A DNA stretch of 64,000 nt from Tubiluchus corallicola (lineage: Eukaryota; Animalia; Priapulida). This document shows, piece after piece, positions 14,194 to 29,525 of the stretch. Both the position numbers and the translations under genes were made by a program. The notes beneath the pieces are model-generated. The model saw only the letters and a program-made list of their open reading frames with translations, was not told the origin of the DNA and searched no databases. Within the stretch, counting starts at the first letter, position 1, and every line of letters begins with the position of its first letter. Where the stretch lies: positions 1 to 64,000 of the forward strand of contig JAQGDQ010000450.1 in NCBI GenBank assembly GCA_030141605.1, in the 5' to 3' direction.

Positions 14194-16064
14194 CTGAGCA
14201 GTATTGGCAACAGTTTCCAAAACGACTGGTTGCAATAGTTTGTTCTCATAGAAACCAAATTATAGTTTGTTCTTATGTGAAACGTAAAAGACAACAATCC
14301 CTATTGACAGCTAACAATACACTAATAACCGAGTGACACATTACCAAGGCAGAAAATCGCCTAAAAATAAAGGATATTATGACGTAACACTAGTACTGTA
14401 CAATTACCGGACACAAGAAATTAGTCACAACACTGTAACCAAATGTCACTACAGATACGCGGATTGCTACCACCAATGCTGAGAGTAACTATTAACTTAC
14501 AATAGGCCTAGAATGAACCCCTGCGCAATTCCTGATTACGCACGCAAGTCAAACAATAACAGTTTGCGGTAGATTAAATCTAAACACACAAAGTTTACAC
14601 GATGTATGAAAATCCATTTCATGCGCAAACACCATCAAAAAACATGTGAATAAACAGACAAAATTTAGGCCTAATTCGCTGCCGCGCAAAGACACTAATA
14701 CACACTAAGAAACGTGATACTGGCACGCTTATGATACCAACTAAAGGGCTAAAATACATTCGCCCACACAAAATATGGAGGAATTTGACACTAAGCTGAA
14801 AATTTTAGCGTGTGAAAATTTACATGCCGTAAACTCCACTGCTGTATACTGATAAGTCTAAAGACTGGGATGCAATTTTTTATTTACACACGGAAACTGT
14901 AACACTGAAAAGGCCTACATTATGTTTGATAGCAATTGACAAGTCTAAACAATGGGTGTAAATTTTCTATTTACGCAACGAAACTGTAATACTGAAAGAC
15001 CTATACTATACAACTGATATTGAGAATGCTGCCATAACCGAAAACACTATGAAGTCCAACGGACAAGTATAAGTAAGTAAGTAAGTTATTTTTATTTCGA
15101 ACACGATGTTCATAAAGCATATTTACAATAAAAAATTAAATTTACAAAAGTTATAAGATAAAATTAATAGAATAAATGTTTAGAAAAGTTAGTTAAAATG
15201 CAGCAGTATGACGCAAAAAATTTTAAGCAAATTCAAATTCAACTTTGAAAGTAAATGTAACATTATTATCTGTCTTACGCAATCGAAGACGTCGTTTCGC
15301 CGAACTAAAACTACAGTACCACTGACTTGACCTCTTCTTCACGAAAGAAAGTAACTGTAAAACACCATTTGCTGTTGACCACATGTACCGATAGAACGTG
15401 AACTGAATTTTCAGAATGTCCTGATGACATCTGTAAGTAGCTAAAAGTGAAAACGAAGCGTAAATCCCAGACTATTGTAACTACTGACAGACCAAAATCA
15501 ATAAACTTCAGACGACTGTGCGTGATTATTCCCTATTTTCATACCGGGAACTACATCACATACCGGGAACTACCCGATTTCAACAATCCATCGACGTCAA
15601 TGAATGAACACTGACAATTTCCTTTCCAAAAAATATTAAATTTTAACAAAGCATGTTTGTTATACACATATAATTACAAATTTTATAAAAATAAAGCAAA
15701 CACAGAAAAATGAACGCAGTCCATCATCTCGTCTGTCACAACAAGAACAAAAAAAATTCCTGAGGCGTCAAATCCTTATGGCCTATCAAAAGCTTTCTTG
15801 ATGTCACATGCCTCGCGATCGACAGTCTCGAATTACCGTGGCACGAAGGCGCAACAAAACCAAAATGAATAAAACGCTCGGCAGCGCAGCATCAAATCCA
15901 CGAAGATTCGCTGCATTGAAATCGTAACCACACGGTTTATTGCTAATGAAAAAGAAATTCACGTGTAAACTGTTGTTTTGATAAAACTGCTGTTATTGTT
16001 CGCTTACTGTTGCTCAATTATTACTTTATCTGTAACTTAGAAAGTTTGTAAGTTGTTTATTAAA

Positions 16065-16085
16065 ATGGCGAAAGAAAAGAAAAAG
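16065..16085 (+). CDS. PES1: PES1 coding exon 1 (MAKEKKK)
   Basis: aaaATGG context, donor AAG|GTAGGT; resembles the short MGxxKKK first exon of animal PES1. Confidence 0.8.
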
Positions 16086-19000
16086 GTAGGTATATATATA
16101 TATTAATTCTTTATTTGTCATAAAAACGGTTCCCTCATTATAATAAAATTGAGTTAGCCTCAGCGTAATGTTAAAATAACAACACTGTTCAAGACAAATG
16201 CGTCCAGTGCATACTAAAAAAACTAAAGTGCAAACTATATACAATATAATGAACATATTTACATTATCAGGTGTGATGTAGTAGACACTAAGTCACTATA
16301 TTATATTAAGCAGCTGGTGATAGGCGAGTTAACTTCACCAGCATTGAGCGTAATGCCGTAATCACACATTTCTAGAAACAGGCTTTGCGGTGACGTCGTA
16401 TAGCAATGGCACCATGATTAAACAGATGCATGCAGTAAATTCTACCTATGTTCACAACCAACACTGAAAAATTTTTAAGACAGTTATTAAAAATAAAAGA
16501 ATAGTTGGAAGCAGAATTTAAGGACAAAATTGACAAGCTAAAATTCTTAAAAGGAAGCAAATTTGAATTGCAATCTTATCTACAAGAGATGGGGCAAGTG
16601 AGAGCATATAAATTTTAAACGTGAGCTTAAATATGGTTGATGCCTAATGTAATTTTAATGCCAAATGGATTATTAATATCATAAAGATATTCTGAAGTGT
16701 CAATTGTATAATAAAGAACAAGAAACAGCAGAGCAGATTTCTGTGTCAAAAACCCAGCATTTTGTGAAACATATAGATACCTAAGTTAAGACCACCTGTG
16801 TTGCTGTGTTAAAGAATGTGTGTCGAGAGTTAAGGCAGATATTAGAATACAGAAAAACACTTAAATAAGGACAGGACTTTCAGGAGCAGATACAGGTTTT
16901 AGAACAACAAGTGGGCCCAACAGAAAAGCAGTTAGGGGGTCTGGGGAAGCGGTGTAAACCCCCAGTGAGGTCCACCCAGACAACAATACATTTTACTACA
17001 TTTTGGACCACTTTTCTGCCTTCTAGAAACCAATTCCTAAAGGAAGCTCACTGGTTTAGAACAGGTATCACCTAATCTTTGACTTAAAATTACGTACCAA
17101 TATATTGATACACACTGTACATAACTTTCATCTGTTTTCCTTTGATCTATTATTTTTACAGGTATAAGGCATCTTTAAGATTTAGCAAATTGTTCTAATG
17201 CTTATAATTATTATATGCTTAAAATATTAATTTGGCGTGTTGTAACTGTTAATGTAAAAGGGAGGGCCCACCCCCTAAATCGGCCACTGACTTTGTGAAC
17301 AAGAAGAGGCGACTGAAACAGAGAGTATCACAGAGTGTAGAGCATGCTCGTTGGAGTTGCTGAGAAAGAGGAGATCACAGAGTGCAGAGCATGCTCGTTG
17401 GAGTTGCTGAGAAAGAGGAGATCACAGAGTGTAGAGCATGCTCGTTGGAGTTGCTGAGAAAGAGGAGATCACAGAGTGTAGAGCATGCTCGTTGGAGTTG
17501 CTGAGAAAGAGGAGATCACAGAGTGTAGAGCATGCTCGCTGGAGTTGCTGAGAAAGAGGAGATCACAGAGTGTAGAGCATGGTCGTTGGAGTTGCTGAGA
17601 AAGAGGAGATCACAGAGTGTAGAGCATGCTCGTTGGAGTTGCTGAGAAAGAGGAGATCACAGAGTGTAGAGCATGCTCGTTGGAGTTGCTGAGAAAGAGG
17701 AGATCACAGAGTGTAGAGCATGCTCGTTGGAGTTGCTGAGAAAGAGGAGATCACAGAGTGTAGAGCATGCTCGTTGGAGTTGCTGAGAAAGAGGAGATCA
17801 CAGAGTGTAGAGCATGCTCGTTGGAGTTGCTGAGAAAGAGGAGATCACAGAGTGTAGAGCATGCTCGTTGGAGTTGCTGAGAAAGAGGAGATCACAGAGT
17901 GTAGAGCATGCTCGTTGGAGTTGCTGAGAAAGAGGAGATCACAGAGTGTAGAGCATGCTCGTTGGAGTTGCTGAGAAAGAGGAGATCACAGAGTGTAGAG
18001 CATGCTCGTTGGAGTTGCTGAGAAAGAGGAGATCACAGAGTGCAGAGCATGCTCGTTGGAGTTGCTGAGAAAGAGGAGATCACAGAGTGTAGAGCATGCT
18101 CGTTGGAGTTGCTGAGAAAGAGGAGATCACAGAGTGTAGAGCATGCTCGTTGGAGTTGCTGAGAAAGAGGAGATCACAGAGTGTAGAGCATGCTCGTTGG
18201 AGTTGCTGAGAAAGAGGAGATCACAGAGTGCAGAGCATGCTCGTTGGAGTTGCTGAGAAAGAGGAGATCACAGAGTGTAGAGCATGCTTGTTGGAGTTGC
18301 TGAGAAAGAGGAGATCACAGAGTGTAGAGCATGCTCGTTGGAGTTGCTGAGAAAGAGGAGATCACAGAGTGTAGAGCATGGTCGTTGGAGTTGCTGAGAA
18401 AGAGGAGATCACAGAGTGCAGAGCATGGTCGTTGGAGTTGCTGAGAAAGAGGAGATCACAGAGTGTAGAGCATGCTTGTTGGAGTTGCTGAGAAAGAGGA
18501 GATCACAGAGTGTAGAGCATGCTCGTTGGAGTTGCTGAGAAAGAGGAGATCACAGAGTGTAGAGCATGCTCGTTGGAGTTGCTGAGAAAGAGGAGATCAC
18601 AGAGTGTAGAGCATGCTCGTTGGAGTTGCTGAGAAAGAGGAGATCACAGAGTGTAGAGCATGCTCGTTGGAGTTGCTGAGAAAGAGGAGATCACAGAGTG
18701 CAGAGCATGCTCGTTGGAGTTGCTGAGAAAGAGGAGATCACAGAGTGTAGAGCATGCTCGTTGGAGTTGCTGAGAAAGAGGAGATCACAGAGTGTAGAGC
18801 ATGCTCGTTGGAGTTGCTGAGAAAGAGGAGATCACAGAGTGTAGAGCATGCTCGTTGGAGTTGCTGAGAAAGAGGAGATCACAGAGTGTAGAGCATGGTC
18901 GTTGGAGTTGCTGAGAAAGAGGAGATCACAGAGTGTAGAGCATGCTCGTTGGAGTTGCTGAGAAAGAGGAGATCATAGAAGCCCCTTGAAGTGTAGTATT

Positions 19001-22000
19001 CAGTTTTTAGGAGCCTATTTCTACAGCTGCACACAGTAGTGTTGGGCAATTAATAGATGAATTGAATTAATTGACATTACAACCATGTATAAATCCATAT
19101 AATTGGCTATTGAACAGTAATTCAGTTAATCGAGAGCAAAGTATAGTGTTACGCACTGACTAAAAGGCAGTGTGTTAGCAGCACAAATAAGCGGAATTCT
19201 TGCATTTTGTCTTCGGTTTCTTACCTTACAAAATACACACAATTGCAAACAACAGCGTTGCAAACTGGGGCTTCTTATTCGTTTTCACGTGACTTGTGTA
19301 GTTGACGTAGTAACGGACTTAGTTAATGAATATACGTGTCTATAAAAATAGTTTGCGAGCACAAAAATGGTATATAGCGAAGAAGTTTATAGGCTATATT
19401 TCATTGATGCAATGTTTAAAAGATACGACTAAAACACCAAAAAATTACTGCAAAAGATTATTGTTGACATCGAATTACAAGAGCAAGATTGTAATGAATT
19501 AGAAAATTTCAAAATCGCCCATCACTATTATCGTTTCTCATTATAATCATGTTGTGGTATCATGATTGTTGTGGGTTGCTTAGTACAGTCAGATATCCAA
19601 CACTCAATACTGCATAGCCTGAACTTCAACGCGGATTATCTCAGCTTAGAAATAACATAGAGCGATGAGCTTGGTTTCAAAATGATCCCAATGAAACGGA
19701 GATTCAAGAGATGTGAATAACTAGAAAAGCTTGATTGCCGTCTTATGGATGATTTTGTTATGCAGAACACCCTACATATGATGGTGTTACATATGGCAAG
19801 AAAAGTTTCTCCTATTATGGAGCCACATTGTGGAATGAATTACCAAACTGTTTCCGAATGGCCGAAAATCTTGGGGAACTTCCCAATTTTGTTAAGTCGT
19901 AATTAAATGCTGAATGTGTTGGCAGGAAAATTTTTTATTGACCTAGATAGAGAAAATGTTACTGCCTAAAATTTTACTGTCTCAAATTTTTACTGCCTTC
20001 ATGTAGTTATAAATTTTTCTTGTACCAATACCTCTGGTGGCATCCAAAAGAAGTACATATTATTACCATGTTATCGCTCATATACATTATGTTTGATATC
20101 GGTTTACGAGCTTTAAGCTCATGTTTCTACAAATATGTACCGTTTTATATCATACCGATGAAAATAAATATTATCTTATCTTAAGCAGACATATATACAC
20201 AATGAGATTGTTTGCTGCATAGTAACTATTATGTCTGCACATTATTTCAGGGAAAAAGTGGAGCCGCTACAAATTACATACCAAGGAACCAAGCAATTAA
20301 GAAACTACAACTTTCACTGGCTGATTTTCGGTACGATAATTTATATCATAAGCAAAATAAACACATCTATATGTTTGTTCTTTTTCTCTGCTTGCTGTTT
20401 GTTTTTAGAAGTCTTGACCAGCGGTTGATTTATCACAGGGGTGTGCAAATTATCTGATTAGCCGGGCCACATTAAACTTTCCCGCAATTCCTGTGGGCCA
20501 CATGCAGTTTGATCAAGGAGACAAGTGCAGTACAACCTAATAACGATTTTTTTGGCATCAGATTTGTGGACATCATTACTACTGCACTACCACACTCAAG
20601 AAACTATTTTAGATGTTATTAAAATTTATATTAAAAACCATATATTTCGTCATTTCCGACAGTGACATTAAGTGACAACGGTCTTGTAAGGGTTAATGCC
20701 ATCTGATCTAGAGGGAAAAACTACCCACACTATCTTTGCAATATTGGCGCAGACTTCAGCTAGATCGCGTGGGGCGTACTTGCATTACGTTGACAAACCT
20801 CTTCGCGGGCCGCACAAGATCTCTCGATGGGCCGCAGTTTGCACACCCCTGATTTATCACCTTCCAATACTAAGTTTAGCAGCTAGCTATTTAAATATCT
20901 GAGAAGGTTCAATTAGTGTTATATAGAATTCGCAATGTGATGTTGTAAAAAACTGTGAATTTATATAGAATTTCATTCTTATTATGACGTCGTAAAAAAC
21001 TGTGAGTTTTTCAGACGGTTATGCATCTTGAAAGGAATCTATCCGCACGAACCGAAAAACAAGAAGAAAGTAAATAAGGGCAGCACTGCACCTAAAACTT
21101 ACTACTACAAAAAGGACATCCAGTTTCTTGCTCATGAACCGCTCATCAACAAATTTCGACAGTTCAAGGTAGTCTAACTTGTTCCTGTACCTTTTCAATA
21201 ATGCCGAAATAGTCAGTGTAAAATTTAAGAGGAAAAAAAGGAATTTTAAATTGTATCCTGAAGAATTCTCCATCCACAGTTACTTGTTTCAAAGACTTGC
21301 ATAACTAGAAAAGTGAATTCTTAATGACTTCAAATATTCACGCCACGTAGTAAAACGGGACTGCATCGTCATCCCAGTGTGCACGACTGATTCATCAAAA
21401 AAACACACGTCATTAATGTGTTAAATTCTTCAGGACCGTAAGCGTTTGCGGCATTTTGAATGGGTTCATGAAAAACTGTTCTCACTAAGCAGTGATTATA
21501 TTGTATTTGATAATTTTTATAGGTTTTCAGCTGTCAAACAATGGATTTTGATAGAAAATTATAAACGAAATGCATTTGCTTATTTTAGATAGATTAAAAG
21601 TCGACTTTTGACAAAAAATCGAGAAAAGCTTACGAGAACTGCAGTGTTTGCACTGTGACAAAGTACAGTATCACTTGTGTGAAATCGGTTAATGCAAAAA
21701 ATTTCAACTATCCAGACACCTCACTCTGATACACTTTGGCCTTGAGCTTAGTCTATTTTTAAGGAGAAATTTCTGTTAAAAGATTAAACGAAGTTGCTCT
21801 TGGCTGATCAGTTGGTTTTTCCTGGAGTAGCGTCAGAACACTGCACAGCTTGGGCTGTAGCAAGCAGGCGATCAAAAAATAGTGTGTAGGATCACACAAG
21901 TGTACACCAGACTAAGCTAATCAGTAGGCTAAGTTTGGAGTGTCTGAAGAGGGCGAGTTTTTCTTAATTTTATCCAATTAAACCACTTATAAATGTTTAA

Positions 22001-25000
22001 GCAAACAGAACAGTTGGATAGCCAAGATTCTCCTGAATAGAAGCTAATTTGTAATCATTTAGTTATGTCTGTGCTCATACAGTAGTAAAAAGTCATGGGT
22101 CTTATAAGACCTATTTTGAATGGTGCGGCCCTGAATGAATCTTTTGTTTGGCTAGCGAAGAACAGGCTTCGAATGTTCTATTTATTTTTCAAACTTTACA
22201 GAATGTTATCGAAAACGGCTGCACCTTACAGCTTAAATATACAAAGTTTACAAAGCGTTGTTGTTGACGCTAGCCCTGATTGCAATAAGACAGCATGTAA
22301 GCGGTAAAAAATGTCAAAACGAATTTTTTAAGCTTTATATATGAAAGCGTGTTTTAAAGCAGAACTGCCATTTCTGTCTTGATAGCTAATGTTTCACTGT
22401 TATAGGTTTTTGTCAGAAAATTGAAAAAGGCTATACATAAGGACGACCCGGAGACAGCGGCAAGGTTGCGAGACAACAAGCCAGTTTACAAATTGGACCA
22501 TGTTGTCAGAGAAAGGTGTGTGCGCAGTTCTGTAAGGCGTAATTGTATTGATAACCGGATTTTCGACATTTGTGTTGCCACGCTGTATGCGTTTGGCTAC
22601 AATTTAGTTCACGAATTTTAAAATAACTGCCATACACGTCGGTGCCAGAGTTTCATTATATCTTTCCAAAACCTAAGCAGATTTTTGCCGTGACATTTTA
22701 CGAGAATCCAGAGAATCGAGGTCTTAATTATGTCTAGTTGAAGTGCGATGAATTATAATCATTGAAACAGCAAAGATTGAATTTCAATTTAAATTGATTA
22801 ATTACAAGAATTATTCACTATCAGTACTAACAATTTTTTCAGAAGGAGACCTAACATGTCCTGGAACAGTCTCTGTTTCCCACACCACAAAGAAACTTTT
22901 TTTCCTGCAGGCTTTGATAATGCCATGTTTGTAAAGTTTTTTACGTAAAACACTAAAAACTTTCCCGATAACTTGACGTATTGGCCGTTTCCAATTTTTT
23001 TACACCGTCTGACTGCCTTGAGTTTGCTTTCTTGTTGGCTTGGCAACGAGCGCAGAACCCTATGAAATTTACGTTCAGCTCTGATTGGAAGATACAGTGT
23101 GCCAAAGACACTTTGGAAGTAACTAAGAAAGCTCGCAAGTGCAACATGGCAGTGTGCAGTCGACCCTCGTTAAACCGGACCCCGTTAGCCCAGATATCGG
23201 ATAAGACGGACGTCATCCGTGGTAAAGGAAACTGACCGATTTCCTTCCGAGCTGGAGCACTAAACTTAACACGGCCTACCAACTGTATCCTCATAGGTTA
23301 ACTATTTTAAAGTAATATACAGTGTAGTATATAGTGCACAGTATATAGTGCAATGCATATAGGCCTTATTAAGGTGATTATTCCTGTATTATATAGATTA
23401 TATATAGGCATATCGGATAAATCGGACAATCGGCTAAACCGGACACCCCCCCCACCCCCCAATTAGTCCGGTTTAACGAGGGTTGGCTGTATGTGTTAGT
23501 GTAAGGAAAAGAGCGCAAAAGTCAAATTAATGCCAGTATTTCTTAATTTTTTTAACAGTCAGGTTAAACCCGCACGAATCTCACAGGATTAGCGGTAATG
23601 GGCATTGGCGTGCATGCTTACGCAAATGAATTCGGAGATTCGCGCTGCAATGCTGGCCCTGCATGACCCGTATAAATCGTCAGGTTCTCACCTTGTCTGT
23701 TACTGAGATGCTACCATACAAATGTTCTCAAAGTTATTCAGCCATCGTCTTCTCCTATTTTATTGTTACATTCATTAGATACGTATCAGAGCCCTGCATG
23801 ACCCATATATAAGTCTTCAGATTCTTACTTTGTCTGTTACTGAGATGCTACCATATAAATGTTCGCAAGGTTATTCAGCCATTGTCTTCTCCTATCCTAC
23901 TGTTACACTTGCTAGATACGTATCAGAGCCGGAATTCATTAAAATGTTCTTAAGAATTTTCAGACAGAAATATTTAAAAACTTCATACCGTGTTCGTAAG
24001 AATTTTCAGACAGAAATATTTAAAAACTTCATACCATGTTCGTAAGAATTTTCAGACAGAAATATTTAAAAACTTCATACCGTGTTCGTAAGAATTTTCA
24101 GACAGAAATATTTAAAAACTTCATACCATGTTCGTAAGAATTTTCAGACAGAAATATTTAAAAACTTCATACCATGTTCGTAAGAATTTTCAGACAAATA
24201 TTTAAAAACTTCATACCATGTTCCTAAGAATTTTATGACAGAAATATTTAAAAACTTCATACCATGTTCGTAAGAATTTTCAGACAGAAATATTTAAAAA
24301 CTTCATACCATGTTCGTAAGAATTTTCAGACAAATATTTAAAAACTTCATACCATGTTCGTAAGAATTTTCAGACAAATATTTAAAAACTTCATACCGTG
24401 TTCGTATGAATTTTCAGACAGAAATATTTAAAAACTTCATACCGTGTTCGTAAGAATTTTCAGACAGAAATATTTAAAAACTTCATACCATGTTTGTAAG
24501 AATTTTCAGACAGAAATATTTAAAAACTTCATACCATGTTCGTAAGAATTTTCAGACAAATATTTAAAAACTTCATACCATGTTCGTAAGAATTTTCAGA
24601 CAGAAATATTTAAAAACTTCATACCATGTTCGTAAGAATTTTCAGACAGAAATATTTAAAAACTTCATACCACATGTTCGTAAGAATTTTCAGATAGAAA
24701 TATTTAAAAACTTCATATGAACTTTCGTAAGCTGGATTCACAAAAATGTCGCACAAACTACTTGTCTATAGTATCAGGGTTTGCACGGTCAGGAAAATCC
24801 TGGAAAATCTATGAAAATATAGGCTGTCCTGGAAAGTCATTGAAAAGTCGGGAAAATGATGAAAATGGGGCGAAAAGACGGGAGAATTGGAAAGGGTTGC
24901 GAAAATAATCACGATGAACCGATATTTTTCCAAACATTTTTCAACGATTCGTGATAATGATTGGCATAGGAAAGTTTATTTATTGTGATTAGTGTAATTT

Positions 25001-28000
25001 GGTTAGCACTACTGCAACTGTGCCGACACGTTATATATGAGTATATGTATGAATGTCCATACACAAAAATGTTTGAATGTGTATACCGGTAATGCAATTT
25101 CTGCTTAACTTTGTCATAGAAAATCAATGTTTGTTCAGGGAAAAGTCATGGAAAATTATTTTAAAATTCTGTGGGACCCTGGTTGTTTTTATGAAGATTT
25201 TATGCTGATAAAATTCAACCACAGCCATAATCTCTATGGCTTAGGACGTGTTTGCTAACTTCTACAACACTTTTAGTATAATTGCTACGCAGGCTGTAAA
25301 ATAATAACAGTTATTAATAATTAATAATAAAATAATAATAATAATAACCCTCTCACTATTTTGGCAGCCAGGAGTAAGTTTGGGACGCTTTTTTGTTTTT
25401 TTGCTTCTAACAGGGGAAGAACGAGAAAAATCTACATAAGTGCATAAGTAGGTAGGTACGTATTTAGGCGGCAGGCAGACAGCCAGGTACACCTGTCTGT
25501 TAGTTGGCCAGTTGGTCAGGCAGTCAGTAGATAGGTATAGATTTTTGCGAAAACTGGCACAGTGAAAACTGGCACAGTGAAAACTGGCATAATCAAAGCC
25601 GGCATAGTGAAAGCCGGCGTAGTGAAAGTCGGCGTAGTGAAAGACGGCGTAGTGAAAGCCGGCGTAGTGAAAACTGGTACAGTGAAAGGTGGCGTAGTCA
25701 AAACCAGTGTAGTCAAAGCCGGCATAGTGAATGCTGGCGTAGTGAAAACTGCCACAGTGAAATCTGGCGTAGTCAAAACCATCGTAGTCAAAGCCAGCAT
25801 AGTGAAAGCCGGCGTAGTGAAAGCCCGGCGTAATGAAAGCCCGGCGTAGTGAAAGCCGGCGTAGTGAAAACTGGCACAGTGAAAGGTGGCGTAGTCAAAA
25901 CCAGTGTAGTCAAAGCCGGCATAGTGAAAACTGGCATAGTGAAAATTGGCATAGTGAAAGCCGGCGTACTGAAAGCCGGTGTAGTGAAGGGCAGCGTAGT
26001 CAAAGCCGGCGTAATCAAAACCGGCGCATGGAAAACCAATGCAGTGAAAACCGGCGCAGTCAAAGCCGGCATAGTGAAAGCCGTCGTACTGAAAGCCAGC
26101 GTAGTGAAAACTGGCTTAGTGAAAACTGGCGTAGCGTTAAGAACATTCGTCCGTATAAACGTACGAAGAAAATCGTTCGTAAGAGCGTTAATGAACCCTC
26201 CCCTGATTCAGTTCAAAATTTGTAAACTACCAAATACGTCATTGTTTGTCATTGTTTTCCACTTGTTATAGATATCCGTCATTCATTGACGCACTACGAG
26301 ACACCGACGATGCCCTCTGCATGTGTTTCCTGTTCTCCACGTTTCCGAAGGGTAAGCGAACGTTTGTGGAGATAATCCAGCTTTGCCGGCGCCTCTCGGT
26401 GGAATTCATGCATTACGTGATAGCATCGCAAAGCTTGCGAAAGGTAAGCATCGCCATCTGCGAAACTGATTAGACACGTACAGGGTGGGTTAAAAATAAT
26501 GATACGTTTTTGCAAGTCTGCTGGTATGTTTTAAAAAAGCATGGTAGGCTTGTTTGAAATGTTTTCAAGTTTTTTTATCTAGAAACTGTCGAAAAGAAAA
26601 ACACTAGATGTCCTAAAACAAAAGAATTTTATTCTTCCGAATTTATTTTTACCCATAATTGAAATTAAGGCACGTAAAATGACGTAAATTAAGGCACGTA
26701 AACTGCCGTAACTTAAGGCACGTAAACTGCCGTAACTTAAGGCACGTAAACTGCCGTAACTTAAGGCACGTAAACTGCCGTAACTTAAGGCACGTAAACT
26801 GCCGTAACTTAAGGCACGTAAACTGCCGTAACTTAAGGCACGTAAACTGCCGTAACTTAAGGCACGTAAACTGCCGTAACTTAAGGCACGTAAACTGCCG
26901 TAACTTAAGGCACGTAAACTGCCGTAACTTAAGGCACCTAAACTGCCGTAACTTAAGGCACATAAACTGCCGTAAATTAAGGCACATAAACTGCCGTAAA
27001 TTAAGGCACATAAACTGACGTAAATTAAGGCACATAAACTGCCGTAAACGGACATTAATATAAACAGTTTTATATATGGAAATATGTAGTTAAATATCGT
27101 GTTTTTGCTAAAATTCTATTCAGTCCGAGTGACTCATTGTCAATGTTTATGGATGCATTTTAAGGCTTCGTGTCGTTGTACTTATTGTAAATTATTCATT
27201 CGTGATGATTACAGGTGTTCATATCCATAAAAGGTATCTATTATCAAGCAGAGATTATGGGACAAGCCATTACGTGGGTGGTACCACATCAACTTGCTTA
27301 CAATGTGAGTATTCGGTGTCATTGAATTAGTGATAATAATAATAATAATAATAATAATCTTTATTTAAAGTCAGCTTTTGGGTCAACAATTAACATTAGC
27401 TCAGAGCTATTATCGCCGACTGTAAATAACAACCTACAACTACATAACAGAGACTGTTATTACCCCACTTTTGCCCTAAATACCACGTGTCAGGCAGGGC
27501 AACAGCAGGTACCATTTTTAGAGTGTTTGGTATGACCCAGCCGCTGGTTCGAACTCACGACCTCCCAGACGGAAAGCAGACGCGTTACCACTAGACTAAA
27601 CCGTCTGATGCATTTATGGATATGAATTAATGCATTTTCGTCATTTTTGATGAACTTTGGATTCTATGTGTTTTCTAAAAGGCAAATTTCTTGAACATTC
27701 GATGATGTGCTTGTTGTAGTTTTTGTATAATGCCTGAAAACAGAATGATTCTGTCAATTTTGTGATTTGAATACTATTAAAACTTTTGATCATGCGATGC
27801 TCAAATCTCCCAAAACTAACTGTACTGACTATATTCAAGATATCCATTCTTTTATGATGCAGCTCAGTATGTGAAAATCATGTTTGAAGTTGTAGATCAC
27901 TCACTTTGTTTTGATTGAGTTTAGGCACAGAAGTATGAACAAGAATAAAAAATCTATAATACATATTTGCACTGCACACAACAGAAAAGTGTTTATTAAA

Positions 28001-29290
28001 ACTACAGACACATGAGTAGCATAACTGCTGCACTGAACACTGAGAGTTAGAGTGTCCTGCACTGAACATTGAGAGTTAGAGAGTGAGAGTGAGAGTGTCC
28101 TGCACTGAACACTGAGAGTGAGAGTGACTAGAAAGCAAAACCAGTCAGTATATATAGGTATAGGTGACCTATGCAGACTTGCACAGGCTTCACAACAACC
28201 ATTACTTTAAAATAGGGAGAGAACCAGTGAATATGCATTCACTGGACCATACAATTATACTGGGGGTAAGTCAGCTGGTAGAATGTAACAGGAGTAGCCC
28301 ATAGATGGCAGCACCTAATTATAATGTACAATTCCAACTTCCACACAGTATAAGTGAAGCCAACTATTTGCATAAACTTTATAAATTTTGTGAAAATAAT
28401 AATACTTCATTAATTTCTGCAATTATTCACGATTGTAATTAATATCGCACTAAAATTATAACTGTGTTTGCATAGCAAAGTCGTCCACAAGTCGGCAATT
28501 AAGCTTTTCTAGTTGTTCAATGTCCTGAATCTCCATTTGATGAGGATCATTTTGATACCAAGTTCATCACTCTATGTTATTTCTAAGCTGAGATAATCCA
28601 CATTGAAGTTGAGGTGCAGGCTACACACTGAAAAACGTAATCTTGAGAAAATCACTGTTAAAGTCAGCCATTGTTTTTTGTCTCGTTTCTACAAAACATT
28701 TAGCAACCGCACAAATGTTGGTTGCTACGGACTTTGCAAGAACACATTGATGTTATGTTTAAATCCAGTAGATGGCTCTTCCTGACGAAGATCTGGGCTC
28801 GGCAACTTAAAAAACCCGGAAGCAAAATGAACTGCTTCCAGGAGCTTCTATCGGAGTTTAAAAATAGGAGTTTTTTACAATTGCAATTCATGTACTAATT
28901 TCTAGACATAAAAGTAGATAAGGAGTTATAAATTTTAGTGTTTTTTGAACACTCTTTATAATTTGATGCTAGAATACAAAAACAGGAAAGTCCTACATAG
29001 CCTTGGTTTTTATAAAATACGAAAAATTGACATTTGACAAAATTTTTGGTGCATTCTACTTTGAAGCATCATAACGTAGTTTTAGCTATGCCGACTTGGA
29101 TTTCGTTTGCAAGCACACATATTTCATGTTATGATGCATCTTGCGTGTCACTGGACAAATTGTTTTATGTTGTTATTTTGTCAAACTAGATGACTGTAGA
29201 AAATATTGAATTTGTCAGTAAACTCTCTCTCTCCTTCTCTCTCTCCCTTTCTCTCTCTCTCTCTTTCTCTCTCCCTCTCTCTCTCTCCAC

Positions 29291-29324
<34 letters not shown>

Positions 29325-29325
29325 G

Positions 29326-29365
<40 letters not shown>

Positions 29366-29378
29366 TCTCTCTCTCTCC

Positions 29379-29467
<89 letters not shown>

Positions 29468-29475
29468 TCCCTCTC

Positions 29476-29525
<50 letters not shown>

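Noticed and set aside
15540-15575. duplicated cataccgggaactac upstream of PES1 as a ZNF143/Ronin-type site
   Set aside because: Only a partial motif match.
17328-18976. CRISPR-like array
   Set aside because: Head-to-tail identical units with no spacers, no cas genes, eukaryotic context.
25516-26271. VVKAG pentapeptide-repeat ORFs
   Set aside because: 15-bp tandem repeat in PES1 intron 4, open on both strands and frameshifted.
26579-27055. YGSLRALS repeat ORF
   Set aside because: 24-bp minisatellite.
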